A model generated the notes under the pieces. That model did not search any database, was not told the origin of the DNA, and saw nothing but the letters and a program-made list of their open reading frames with translations. A stretch of DNA of 64,000 nucleotides from the NCBI GenBank assembly GCA_965113315.1, contig OZ220365.1. One strand, 5' to 3'. The position numbers and the translations under genes were made by a program. Below are positions 23,040-34,283 of the stretch, piece after piece. How positions within the stretch are numbered: position 1 is the stretch's first letter; every line of letters begins with the position of its first letter. This stretch comes from Podarcis vaucheri. Its lineage: Eukaryota.

Positions 23040-23529
23040 TGTCAGGAATCGGGCTGAAGAGGAATGGTGGGACCTTCCAGAGAAGAGGGAAGCGGTATTG
23101 ATTTACAACAGTGGTTTGCAGAAGGGCACGGCTCAGAGGTAGAAGAGGGGCAAAGCTGGGAAATAACAGAGGAAGAGGAGGGGGGAGAAGCTGAGCAGGA
23201 GCAGCTGGCTGCCACGTCACCACTAGAAAGCTTTCCAGACCTCCCTTCTCCCAGAACCTGGCGAGCAGTGAAAGTGGGAGAACAAAGAGCTAACAGGCAA
23301 TTGGCCTTAAGCTGCCCCCATAAGGGGGCGGCGGCACAGGGGATGAATGAGAAGGGAAGAGGGGTGGAGATTACCTGGAGCAACGGCATTACTCCAAGAG
23401 ACAGCATTCCTAAGCCTCTCTCTGTGAATATTGAATAAAAGACTTGGTAAGAGCTTTCTTGTCTACTTAATCCCTGGCAGCCTGCTATGGGGGTGGGGAG
23501 AGGGGGATCGGATTCCCTGAGGCCTGACA
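23040..23529 (+). mobile_element. Solo LTR (490 bp)
   Basis: TGTCAGG...CCTGACA termini, perfect 5-bp TSD CATTG, internal AATAAA at about 23435. Confidence 0.85.
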
Positions 23530-23925
23530 CATTGTGACAGTGATCTATATATTACATTACATTGTTTTTCTAAAGACGATATACACAAAAAGAAAAATGG
23601 ACATTAACAACAAAATCATATGTATACAACACAATGAAATATTGATGATAAAGTAAAAAGTTTTTTTTTAAAAAAAAAACAACAACCAGGAAGTAAATCA
23701 ACTGGGTACAATTATGAAATTATAAAACTATAAAATTATAAATAGGGTATAAAAACACAAATTACAATGAAGAAAATAGGGGGTGGGAAGAAGGGTCTTG
23801 CCTGTTTACAGATGCTGCCAAACTATCATATTTTGAAGGAATTTGCCAGCTGTGTCACTGCAGATGTCATACATTTAATAAATAACTCCCAAAACAGAGA
23901 TGAAATCAGAAGGGTCAGCGTAACC

Positions 23926-24066
23926 CAGGCTTCCTCAAACTCTGCCCTCCAGATGTTTTGGGACTACAATTCCCATCATTCCTGACCACTGGTCCTGTTA
24001 GCTAGGGATGATGGGAGTTGTAGTCTTAAAACATCCGGAGGGCCGAGTTTGCCTATGCCTGACCTG
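23926..24066. mobile_element. hAT (Charlie/Buster-like) MITE
   Basis: CAGG...CCTG ends, internal palindrome GACTACAATTCCCATCA / TGATGGGAGTTGTAGTC, perfect 8-bp TSD GCGTAACC. Confidence 0.9.
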
Positions 24067-24593
24067 GCGTAACCCCTAGCAACACAAAGATTACATGTCA
24101 ATGTCTGTGAAATAGCAGAGAACATAACTTTCTTGAACCAATTATCTAGGTATAACACAAAGCATCTTTCCAGCCCTGAGCGATTACTAAATGAGCAGCT
24201 GCCAGATATACAATTAACTGTTTACATATAAGATCCACATTGCCTTTACCAAAAACAGATAGAACACATTGAGTAGGGCCTAGAATCACATTAAGTGGAC
24301 TGATTTCTGCAATAATTTGTTTCCAAAATGGACTCCACCATGTGTCTCCACAGCCCCACCAGCACCAGGGAGATCCTGATCTTGCAATAAGAACCAAACA
24401 CACTGGCGAAAAAATACCACCAATGGATGACTTTTAAAGAATTCTCCAACATGCTGGCAGAGACCAGTCTAAAAGAGATGATGGACAAGATCTTTGTCTG
24501 TTGAGATGCATCAAATTGTTCCTTAAGATTGACCCACATACCAACCATATGGCAAAAACTGTAATACTGTAGCAATAATATGCAGTTGTGAGG

Positions 24594-24722
24594 ATAGAAT
24601 CTCAGAGTTCTAGAGTCATCAATCTAGTCCAACCCCTTGCAGTGCAGGAATATTTTTGCCTAATGTGGGGCTCAAACCGGTGACCCTGAGATTAAGAGTC
24701 TTGTGCTCTACCAACTGAGGAT
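24594..24722 (-). mobile_element. tRNA-Lys(CTT)-headed, CR1-tailed SINE
   Basis: Reverse complement CTCAGTTGGTAGAGCACAAGACTCTTAATCTCAGGGTCACCGGTTTGAGCCCCACATTAGGC + ATTCCTGCACTGCAAGGGGTTGGACTAGAT. Confidence 0.8.
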
Positions 24723-24829
24723 ACTGAGCTTTTACACACATTACATCGTATTGAGAAAAATCTGCACTGGCTTCCTTTTAGCTACTGACTCAATTCTGAG
24801 GTTTTGCTGCAGGCATTTAAAGCCATAAG

Positions 24830-25014
24830 TTTGATCTTCTTGCAGTCCATGGGACTCTCAAGAGTCTCCTCCAGCACCATAATTCAAAATCATCAATTCT
24901 TCGGCGATCAGCCTTCTTTATTGTCCAGCTCTCATTTCCATACATCACTACTGGGAAAACCATAGCTTTAACTATACAGACCTTTGTTGGCAAGGTGATG
25001 TCTCTGCTTTTTAG
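24830..25014 (-). mobile_element. BovB (RTE) LINE fragment
   Basis: Reverse complement matches the BovB segment at 38570-38680. Confidence 0.85.
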
Positions 25015-25372
25015 GCAGGGGAATAGTCTGTTGGAAAATTGCTTGCAGATACCAGCTCATGGAATTATAGGACAAACTAAATTGAAAATAATACCTCCCG
25101 ATTCTTTCGAAAAGCATCTTTCTGTGCCGTTCACCACAGCCTCGGTGACAGATTTCAAGGGGCAAGGACCCCAGTGAATGAGGATCATAGAATGCCGTTT
25201 CAATTTCGTCGGAGGGTTTTGGGGTGGCGGATGGGAAATTGGATTAGCAAGGAGATCTCAGAAATATGTTCCAGGTGACTGTTTGAGCGGGGAGCCAGCC
25301 TTTCTTTCTTAGCAGCAGGGGTGGGGTTAAGACGGATTTGCATGAAGTGCCCTGCATTATTTATGTCGCTGC

Positions 25373-25410
<38 letters not shown>
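25373..25410. repeat. (CAT)n microsatellite
   Basis: About 12 perfect units. Confidence 0.95.
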
Positions 25411-26212
25411 CAGCTTAAAGTTTTAGGGGAAGTTTGAGATCTCCAGATTATATATATGAGCTAATTCTCAGTAAACTTGGAAGTTTGTTGTACTGGCATT
25501 GCTTGCTCCCCAGTCTGACCCACCAAGTCAGGAATGGAGAGTAACGTAAAACACATGCTTTCTGCGGGGTGACTTAACTGACACTGCTATTACTGGTATT
25601 AAGGGAATCTCCATGGTGCTTATTATCGGTCATTTTCGAATATGTAGCAGGACCCAGCTGTTGCCTGCAGGGTTCCCATATAATTTCAACAATCCTGGCT
25701 CATGGCAACATGCTTGCACAGCTCAGGGGTGCTCTGTGTAGGAAACAATTATTTCCAGGAGGTTTAAAACTCGGGCTTACAAATTCGAAACGATTCCTGT
25801 CTTAGATGTGGAATAACTGGATTATTTGCAGAAATGTAACAATGCAGTAGTCTACTTTTATCGTTTTGTTTTTTTCAGTTGATTCTTCCAGACTAGACTG
25901 ATGGAAAAGTTGAAGTTCATTCAGTATGTAGTAGGCTGGGAATGGCAGAGTTTTTGTTTTTAAAAATGTACAATAGTTGCAAAAGATCAATTAGGCTCCT
26001 TTTATCAGTATCCAATCACCATTTTTTGATAAATGCATAAACATTTACATATATATTCTTGGGGGGGGGGTGTTAAGGAGATTTGAAAGAGCTGCCACTG
26101 CTCCTAGTGACTGGCCTACTTCTCTGGTAAACAAGGTTTTTTCTTCATTATTTGGGGGGGGGGGACTGCAAAACCTTCAGTCTCAGTAACTGGAGGGCAA
26201 GACCTTCAGGGG

Positions 26213-26516
26213 AAGCGCTGAGGGCCTTCTGGTGGTTCCCTCACTGCGAGAAGTCAAGTTACAGGGAACCAGGCAGAAAGGGCCTTCTTGGTAGTGGCGC
26301 CCACCTTGTGGAACGCCCTCCTACCAGATGTCAAAGAGAACAACAACTACCAGACTTTTAGAAGACATCTGAAGGCAGCCCTGTTTAGGGAAGCTTTTAA
26401 TATTTGATGCATTACAGTATTTTAGTAGTTTGTTGGAAGCCACCCAGAGTCACTGGGGAAGCCCAGCCAGATGGGTGGGGTATAAATAATAAATTGTTGT
26501 TGTTGTTGTTGTTGTT
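26213..26516 (+). mobile_element. L2 LINE 3' end with (TTG)n tail
   Basis: Near-identical to 21950..22257. Confidence 0.9.
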
Positions 26517-26908
26517 AACTCCTGTGCACATCTCTTGTGCCATGCTCCTGATGTTCCCTTCCTTAGGTGGCTTGCCAAAGCCCCAGAATCTTTCAGATGA
26601 AGAACAAGACCTTCTTTTTGCGCTTGTGTAACCCAAGAAGAATAAACACCACTGCAAATTAATTTGAGGCCACAGCCTCTCCATCTGGTCGCCGAGAGTT
26701 CCACAGAGCGATACTGAACTGTGGTAGAAAAGGCAGGAATTCCATGGGGAAGTTAGGTCTTAAATCCCCTTGGCAAAAAAGTTTCCCTTCTGAATGTGTG
26801 TCTACCACTGAATGGATATTGCCCAGCTATTAGATTAGGCACGTACAATGAAGCACCTAAAAAAATAAAAATCTTGAGACACTTTATTTCTCTTGAAAGA
26901 GAGAGATA

Positions 26909-27012
26909 ATAGAATCATAGAACTGTTGAGTCGGAAGGGACCCTGAGGATCATCTAGTCCAACCCCCTGCCATGCAGCTGTCCCATAGGGGGATCAAACC
27001 TTCAACCTTGAC
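26909..27012 (-). mobile_element. Partial tRNA-Ile/CR1-tail SINE
   Basis: ATAGAATCATAGAA...CATCTAGTCCAACCCCCTGC followed by the same GCAGCTG linker and T-arm as 28880..29007. Confidence 0.65.
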
Positions 27013-27044
27013 ATGCTATGCTTCAGGAAGCTATGCCTTCCTGG

Positions 27045-27200
27045 GAAGGACTAGCTCAGCAGCAGAGCATCTCCCTTGCTTGGAAAAACCCTATGCTCAA
27101 TCTCCAACATCTCCAGGTCGGGCTGGGATTGAACCATGCCTGAAAATCTGGAGAAGTGCCTCTCTCAGTCAGTGTAGTCAGTACTGAGCTACATGAGCTT
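27045..27200 (+). mobile_element. Old tRNA-derived SINE (related copies at 41225..41375 and 44010..44110)
   Basis: TAGCTCAGCAGCAGAGCATC head; shared CATCTCCAGGT...CTGGAGA...TACTGAGCT body. Confidence 0.6.
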
Positions 27201-28879
27201 CCTTTGCCTTCAAAAAGCCAGGCAATGCAGGTGAGATGCATGGTGGAAGTGGATTCAACCAGCATCAATTTGTAGCAGAGAATCTGAACTCTCTTAACAA
27301 CCAAGGCCGAAACCAAGGGATTATTTATGTTTGCGGTAGATGAAGACACATTGGTCTGTCTTCACGGAGGTGGTGCAGCGAAGTGTGATAAGCAAACAAG
27401 GCCCGAGGCTGTGCGAGGAGAGGGCTAACCTTTTTCTTTGTCTCCGTGCTAATGCATCTTGAGTCTAGAATTAACAGATTAATAAGAATGTTATTCACAC
27501 GGACATGTATAAGCAGCTTGGGAACTCTGTCAGATCCAACTCCTTTCCTGATCCTGGAGACTGTTCCATTTAATAACTCTCAAACATCCTTCCCTGTTAA
27601 GTCGATGTCTAGCATTTTAAAAAGATCTGCATGGGAGGTACTGCAGGGGTCGGCCATCAGGGAGACGAAGAATGCCGAAAGAAAACGGATGGAAAATGTA
27701 CCCTAACTCAAAAAACAATGCAATAAATTAAGCAAAATTGGGGGAGGAGAAGCTTATATATATATATATATATATATTGCCTATGAATACTACCTTGTTT
27801 CCCTTTCTTTCAGCCTCTATTTGGGTTCTTTATGATCAAACCACTATCCCAGCTCTTGCTCTGCAATGTGCTTGGACCAGTTGACTAACGGTTGAGTATG
27901 ACTGATGGCGGCTTTCAACAACAATAGGAGAGTTACTCACCCTAATCCCTGGAAACTTGCAACGCTCTATGAAGAAGCCGCCTTGCTGTTTATCAAAGGA
28001 GCCTGTAAAGTTTGACCCGAGTGTTTTTATATATTGACAAAGGCTACGAAAACTGGTGATAACACGGAAGATCCTGGTTTCTTCTCAAGGATGTGGGCAA
28101 GGACACAGGAACCTCATTCCCTCTTCCCACAGTTAATAGGAAACCAACCACTGGGATGCCACGCTCCTGTTTCAAATCCACACTGTGTTCACCTCTTGTG
28201 ATGTCTGAAGATCTCATACAATGCTATCTGCAACATGTTTCATGGGCAGTTGGCATAATGGAGACTCCTGCTTTCCCTCTCAGGAATCGGGTTATGGTAG
28301 AAATTTTTATCCTGAGGGCCACATTTCTTCCTGATCAGCCTTTCAGGGGCCACTTTGCATTGGTGGGTACAGCTAGAGGTAAAAGTTGGGGCACAGCAAC
28401 AAAGGTCATTTGGTTGGTTCATGTTTAAAATATAGCTGCTGAAAGAGGCTAAACTCCCAGAATATTGTACGGGACTTAAACAAACAGTCTCTGATGCCCT
28501 CAGTTGGCTAATTCACTAATTCCAAATACGGCAGTGGCAATTATTATTTTTTAGCTATGTAAAGGCAGCATTATTAACACCAGAAAGAAAATTCAGCCAA
28601 CACTGTACAATATGATTTTTTTTTAAAGCCCCTTAAGAAACTATGGTTGAGAAGGTTTTTTCTTGCCACACACACCAAGACTGCATGAAAGAATCTCCTG
28701 CTGTAGACCCAATATCTTTACTCACCCTTCATCATGATTTTCTTGGCACCAAAGCCAGGAATGAGTATTCCGAAATTCAATGCTAATGCTGTGCCTATGA
28801 ATTTGAGAGCAAAGAGCAAATGCACTGTTGTATCTGAAATTATGGTGGTGGGGGGAGACTCAGAAATGTGCCTCTCTTG

Positions 28880-29007
28880 GAATCATAGAGTTGGAAGACC
28901 ATCTAGTCCCTGAAGACCATCTAGTCCAGGAATATGCAGCTGCCCCGTACAGGGATCAAACCTGTAACCTTGATGTTGTCAGCACCACACTCCAACTAAC
29001 TTAGCTA
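28880..29007 (-). mobile_element. tRNA-Ile-headed, CR1-tailed SINE
   Basis: Reverse complement TAGCTAAGTTAGTTGGAGTGTGGTGCTGACAACATCAAGGTTACAGGTTTGATCCCTGTACGGGGCAGCTGCATATTCCTG + CR1 tail. Confidence 0.75.
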
Positions 29008-29110
29008 ATGTGTCCCACTGATGCATATCTTAACTATTTGTTTTGTCATAGCCATCCCAACTAAACATAAGTGTTTGAGAAATGAGAGGCAGATTTACCA
29101 GAGCCTGCTA

Positions 29111-29336
29111 CAGTGGTACCTCGGGTTACATACGCTTCAGTTTACAGACTCTAACCCAGAAATAGTACCTTGGGTTAAGAACTTTGCTTCAGGATGAGAA
29201 TAGAAATTGCACGGTGGCGGCGCGGCAGCAGTAGCGGGAAGCCCCATTAGCTAAAGTGGTGCTTCAGGTTAAGAACAGTTTCAGGTTAAGAATGGACCTC
29301 CGGAACGAATTAAGTACTTAACCTGAGGTACCACTG
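29111..29336. mobile_element. Tc1/mariner MITE
   Basis: CAGTGGTACCTC TIR, TA TSD. Confidence 0.9.
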
Positions 29337-30557
29337 TATTCACATTTTTTAAAAAGTGAAACACCCTTTATTGCAGACAACTTTTATGTGGTCCTTACAA
29401 AAATTTACAGAATTGTTTTGAATATTTAACTATGCAGGGTAAATCTATGTACTAGTATGCAACTCTTGTCTCTGATATGTAACCTCTCCCTCTCTCCTCT
29501 CCTCTTTTAATAAGGAAAACAGCTATACAGTATAATTCATTATATTTAAGACAGAGACCAGCTTCAGATGTCACATTAAACCAGAATTTATTTTAAATTA
29601 TAGTGTAATGTGTGAGAGCAGTGTCCTGATTCGCTCCTTCCCTGCTCATGCTTGTGCTACACCAGAAAGTAAGGTGGACGAGGAGGAAAAATAGAGGCTG
29701 GCTTAGCATGGCGCACGACGCAGCATTTGTGATTTGTTTCTTTCAAGCAAACCACAGTTGGGGAAGCCAAGGCTGCTTTAGAGTAAACTGTGGTTTAACG
29801 TGACACGCAGAACATGTCTTCTGTCCCTTGCTGTGCTTTTAAAGCAAAGTTCTTTTGAGTTTTCTATCCGGTTGTGCTTTAAACTTCAAAGAATTTGCAA
29901 GCGCAGGATCACATGGGACTGGCCAGTTCTGTGTGACTCAGCAGTTGTCATCTTAATGTTCAGGCAGTAGAATTACATCACGGGAAGTAAACTTTTCTGA
30001 GTAATCTACTATGCAAGATCCATCTGTCGACCACACCTGTGTGCATGTGTCTTTCCTTTCATGAATGCCAGAGCATTTCCTCCCAACCTCTCACTGACTT
30101 TGTAAAAGCAAAGAAAAAGAAGTTGGGGTGGAGAGAGACATGTCTGTGCTTATTAGCCCTTACTTGTGCAGCAGTAAGCAGTTGTCATAATTTGCAGCTG
30201 CCTGTATGTTACATTTGCATTTTTGCAATTGTTGCATAGTATTTGGGCTCGGTTCAAAAGTGCCGGTGCTCACCTTTTAAAATCCTGAGTGCCTTAAGAC
30301 CCAGGCATCTGCTTGACTCTTGGGAGAGATCTAGCATTGTGGACCACATTCACATGGTTTTGCGCATGTGGCTTTTGCATGTGCCACTACTAATCCAGCG
30401 GGTGATGGATAAGCAGAAATGTGCTTTCACAAGCTAATAATCACAATCTCTTGATCAGGGTCTGCTTGATCTGTAGATGGTGTACTACGAAATCATGCAT
30501 TTCCCTTATCCTTGATCAATCTGAATTCAAACTTTTTTTGCAACTTGATAAAAAGGC

Positions 30558-30647
30558 CATAGCTGTCAACTTTTCCCTTTTCTTTCGAGGAATTCTATTC
30601 GGAATAAGGGAATTTCCCTTAAAAAAAGCGAAACGTTGACAGCTATG
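30558..30647. mobile_element. hAT MITE of about 90 bp
   Basis: TIR CATAGCTGTCAAC, perfect 8-bp TSD AAAAAGGC. Confidence 0.92.
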
Positions 30648-31754
30648 AAAAAGGCACTGGCTCATTAGCTATTAGAAGGTCATTCAAACTATTTGTTCTT
30701 TAAACTATTTGGCAGCCTTATTTTTTTAACCCTCAGCGTGTTCTTTAGCAAAGACAATGTTTATAAGACTCACACCGAATATCTTGGGTTACAGATCAAG
30801 TGCGAGCTTTAAATATGTTTTTGAGTGCAAATGAATAAAAAGGGGATGCAGTACGTATTAGCAAGTGCCCCATATATTGGAATCTGTTGCGTTTTCCCAG
30901 GACCATGTAGGAGTCATGTTAACCAGCGCTTAAAACATGTTGGTGTCATAAAACATATCGCTCACCCAACAGCCAGAACCCAGTTCACAGATGTTGGAAC
31001 GGTTTGAGTCTATTTTGGGGACTGAATAGGGTGAAAAGGCTGGGTTTGTTGAAGAGTAGAATACCTATAGAGGCCTTTTCTGCAAGCAATACCATGACTT
31101 CATTACCATGTCAATTCTGGGAAAGGCCTCTGATTTAACACAGCAGTTGGCTGAATCCATATGGAGCTGATGAACCTCTGAATGAATAGTGAATGGAAAA
31201 ACTGCTGGAATCTGCTTTCAGCTTTTTGTTCCCAGGATGACCAATGTAAAAGAGCTAAGGCCTATACAGCACAGATGGTATAAAGGAGTAAGAATCCTGC
31301 ACGTTTTAAATTTGGTCTTTTATCCTGCATTGTTCGGGCGTCTGTAACTGAAGTATAAATACCAAGATTCCCATGTCTCTCTGCCCCCGCCCCCCACACC
31401 AAAAAATAATAATTCTGGGTTGGTGCAGGCTACCATTCATGCCCAACATTTTGTAAAATCTGCATACGTATTGTAGCAAGTTACCATTTGGTAATTGGTC
31501 ATCTGGGCTGATTGTCTGCTTGACTATTATTATGAATGAAAGCCAACTTGTGGGAAAAGAGGGGTTCAGAGCCAGACCTTCCAAGTGTCCCTATTTTCCA
31601 GGGACAGTCCTAGATTTTCAGACGGTGTCCTGGTTTCTGATTTGATCCCAGAATGTCCCACTTTCCTCAGGACATCCCTGTTTTCATTGGAGAAACGGTA
31701 GAGGGTATGGTAGGACATCCATATTTTCATCAGAGAAATGTTGGATGGTATGGC

Positions 31755-32009
31755 GAGCCAGTGTAGTGTAGTGGTTAAGAGCGGTGGACTCGTAATCTGG
31801 TGAACTGGGTTCGCTTCCCCACTCCTCCACATGCAGCTGCTGGGTGACCTTGGGCCAGTCACACTTCTCTGAAGTCTCTCAGCCCCACTCACCTCACAGA
31901 GTGTTTGTTGTGGGAGAGGAAGGGAAAAGAGAATGTTAGCTGCTTTGAGACTCCTTCGGGTAGTGATAAAGCAGGATATCAAATCCAAACTCCTCCTCCT
32001 CTTCTTCTT
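31755..32009 (+). mobile_element. tRNA-derived SINE (Squam3-like)
   Basis: GAGCCAGTGTAGTGTAGTGGTTAAGAGC head, (CCT/CTT)n tail. Confidence 0.88.
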
Positions 32010-32045
32010 ATACAACCCCACAAGCCAAGGAGATAAGTAACTATA

Positions 32046-32260
32046 CAGTGGTACCTCGGGTTACATACGCTTCAGCTTACAGACTCCGCTAACCCAGAAA
32101 TAGTACCTTGGGTTAAGAACTTTGCTTCAGGATGAGAACAGAAATCGTGCGGCGGCAGTGGGAGGCCCCATTAGCTAAAGTGGTGCTTCAGGTTAAGAAC
32201 AGTTTCAGGTTAAGAACGGACCTCCGGAACGAATTAAGTACTTAACCTGAGGTACCACTG
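32046..32260. mobile_element. Tc1/mariner MITE
   Basis: CAGTGGTACCTC TIR; same family as 29111. Confidence 0.9.
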
Positions 32261-32383
32261 TCTAACATTTAGAAGACATCTGAATGCAGCCCTGTATAGA
32301 GAAGTTTTTTTAATGTTTAATGTTTTATTATGTTTTTATAAGCAATCCAGAGTGATTGGGGCAACCCAGTCAGATGGGCGGGG

Positions 32384-32428
<45 letters not shown>

Positions 32429-33940
32429 TAGATGCCCCTATTTTCATTGGATAAATGTTGAAGGGTATGGAAACCACCACCAGCCTATACACAGCAAAAG
32501 TGGTGGTGGTGTTTTAAAATGCACTTTGACCAACAGCAGACCAAGCAAGAATGGAAATGTGAAGTGTGACAGTAAAAAAGCCGGGGAAGGGAGTTCTGGA
32601 ATTCCTTCCGTTCACACTATTGTGGTGGGAATATGCAGATGTTCCCATTGACACAGCCATGTACGTCCACTAAGGTTACATGCTTTAAGAGTTCGACACA
32701 TTGCTACAAGTGCCAATACAGTAAATCAGAAGGATCTGTGGCATTATCTGGTTTCCTTTTTGGCTTGAGAAGTTAGAACAGATGTCACCAGAGAGGACAA
32801 AATGGATTTTACCCACGGAGAGGAGCTTTATTGCCGCTCTTTAGTAGGAAGTCCCTTGAAATGCTAATGGACACAGTTTGTGTTGCTGGGTTTGCATAGA
32901 GAGGGTGGGAAACGGCTCTGATCCCTAAGAGGCGGAGGTGGGGGGGAGGCAGGGGGAGAGAAGAGAAAACCCTTTTGTTATGAATCAAGGATATCTGCTG
33001 CTTCAACAGCAAAGCACGTTTGGTGGTGCAGAGACAGATCTCTCTCTAGCAATCTCCTGCAAACACACATACACACAAACTGCTGAACATTTTTTGATAA
33101 GATACGACGTACATGTATCATAGCTCTGGTGAATCTGCAAAGATGTTTTACCCCCTTCTTATTGCACAGAGGACACACACAGTGAAACAGCTCGGTGGGT
33201 CCCCCCCCCCCCGTCTCTCCTACTCAATATTCCAATTCTTTGCAGTTTCTTTCAGCAATCTGATAATTCAAGACTGGCTAAGCATCCTTTGCAGGCCAGG
33301 CTGTTCCGTATTTAAAGTCCTGGCAGATTGAGGAGGAGCCTGTTTGATTCCACGAAAAGAACCCACCAGAGACATCGCACTCGCTTAATATCGGTGATGC
33401 TGAGCTCCTGTTCAGCGCCTGTGTGCTCTCAGACATCAAAGCACAATGCTGACTGGCTTGAAAAAACACTCTCTGTTTTCTTACAGACTTCCCAGAGAAC
33501 AAGTTTGGTTCCATTGTTCAGTGTCTGAAATGAAGGACCGTGCATATTATTCCTCAGATTGTACAACAGGTAAATTTCAGTCGAAAATGTTTGCTGTGAC
33601 AGAAATATTTCTAAAGTTACAGGGAAGATACTGGGGAAAGTGAAATTAAGTACAATAAATTTCCCGCAAAAGTATTGTTACATGCCACCCCAATATCGAC
33701 AGCAGTGCAAGATGCCAGGGATACCAGGCACACGTAGCCGGGTTTATGTTTCTTTTTGGAAAGTGAGGCACAGCAGAGACTGATGTCTTAATGACATATG
33801 GTTTATTTACACATATATCATTACTGTGTGCTGATGGGTCATTACCTCCAGGCAACCACCTACAAGGAAATTAATCTGTCTTGATCAGTTCTTAAGCCAT
33901 GTTGATTCCCTAAGATTTAGAAGTGCCTAATGCACAGTTT

Positions 33941-34283
33941 GGGACGCGGGTGGTGCTGTGGGTTAAACCACAGAGCCTAGGACATGCCAGTCAGAAGGTC
34001 GGCAGTTTGAATCCCCGCGATGGGGTGAGCTCCCGTTGCTTGGTCCCTGCTCCTGCCAACCTAGCAGTTCGAAAGCACGTCAGAGTGCAAGTAGATAAAT
34101 AGGTACCGCTCCAGCGGGAAGGTAAACAGCATTTCTATGTGCTGCTCTGGTTCACCAGAAGCGGCTTAGTCATGCTGGCCACATGATCCGGAAGCTGTAC
34201 GCCGGCTCCCTCGGCCAATAAAGTGAGATGAGCGCTGCAAGCCCAGAGTCGGTCACGACTGGTCAGGGGTCCCTTTACCTTTA
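33941..34283 (+). mobile_element. Sauria SINE, full length
   Basis: GGGACGCGGGTGG head, CCCTTTACCTTT tail, TSD TAATGCACAGTTT/TAATACACAGTTT. Confidence 0.92.

Larger units (their letters stand above)
31573..32469 (+). mobile_element. Composite TIR element carrying an L2 tail (copy 1), interrupted by a SINE and a MITE
   Basis: Colinear with the reverse complement of 38231..39085 once nested insertions are removed. Confidence 0.7.
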
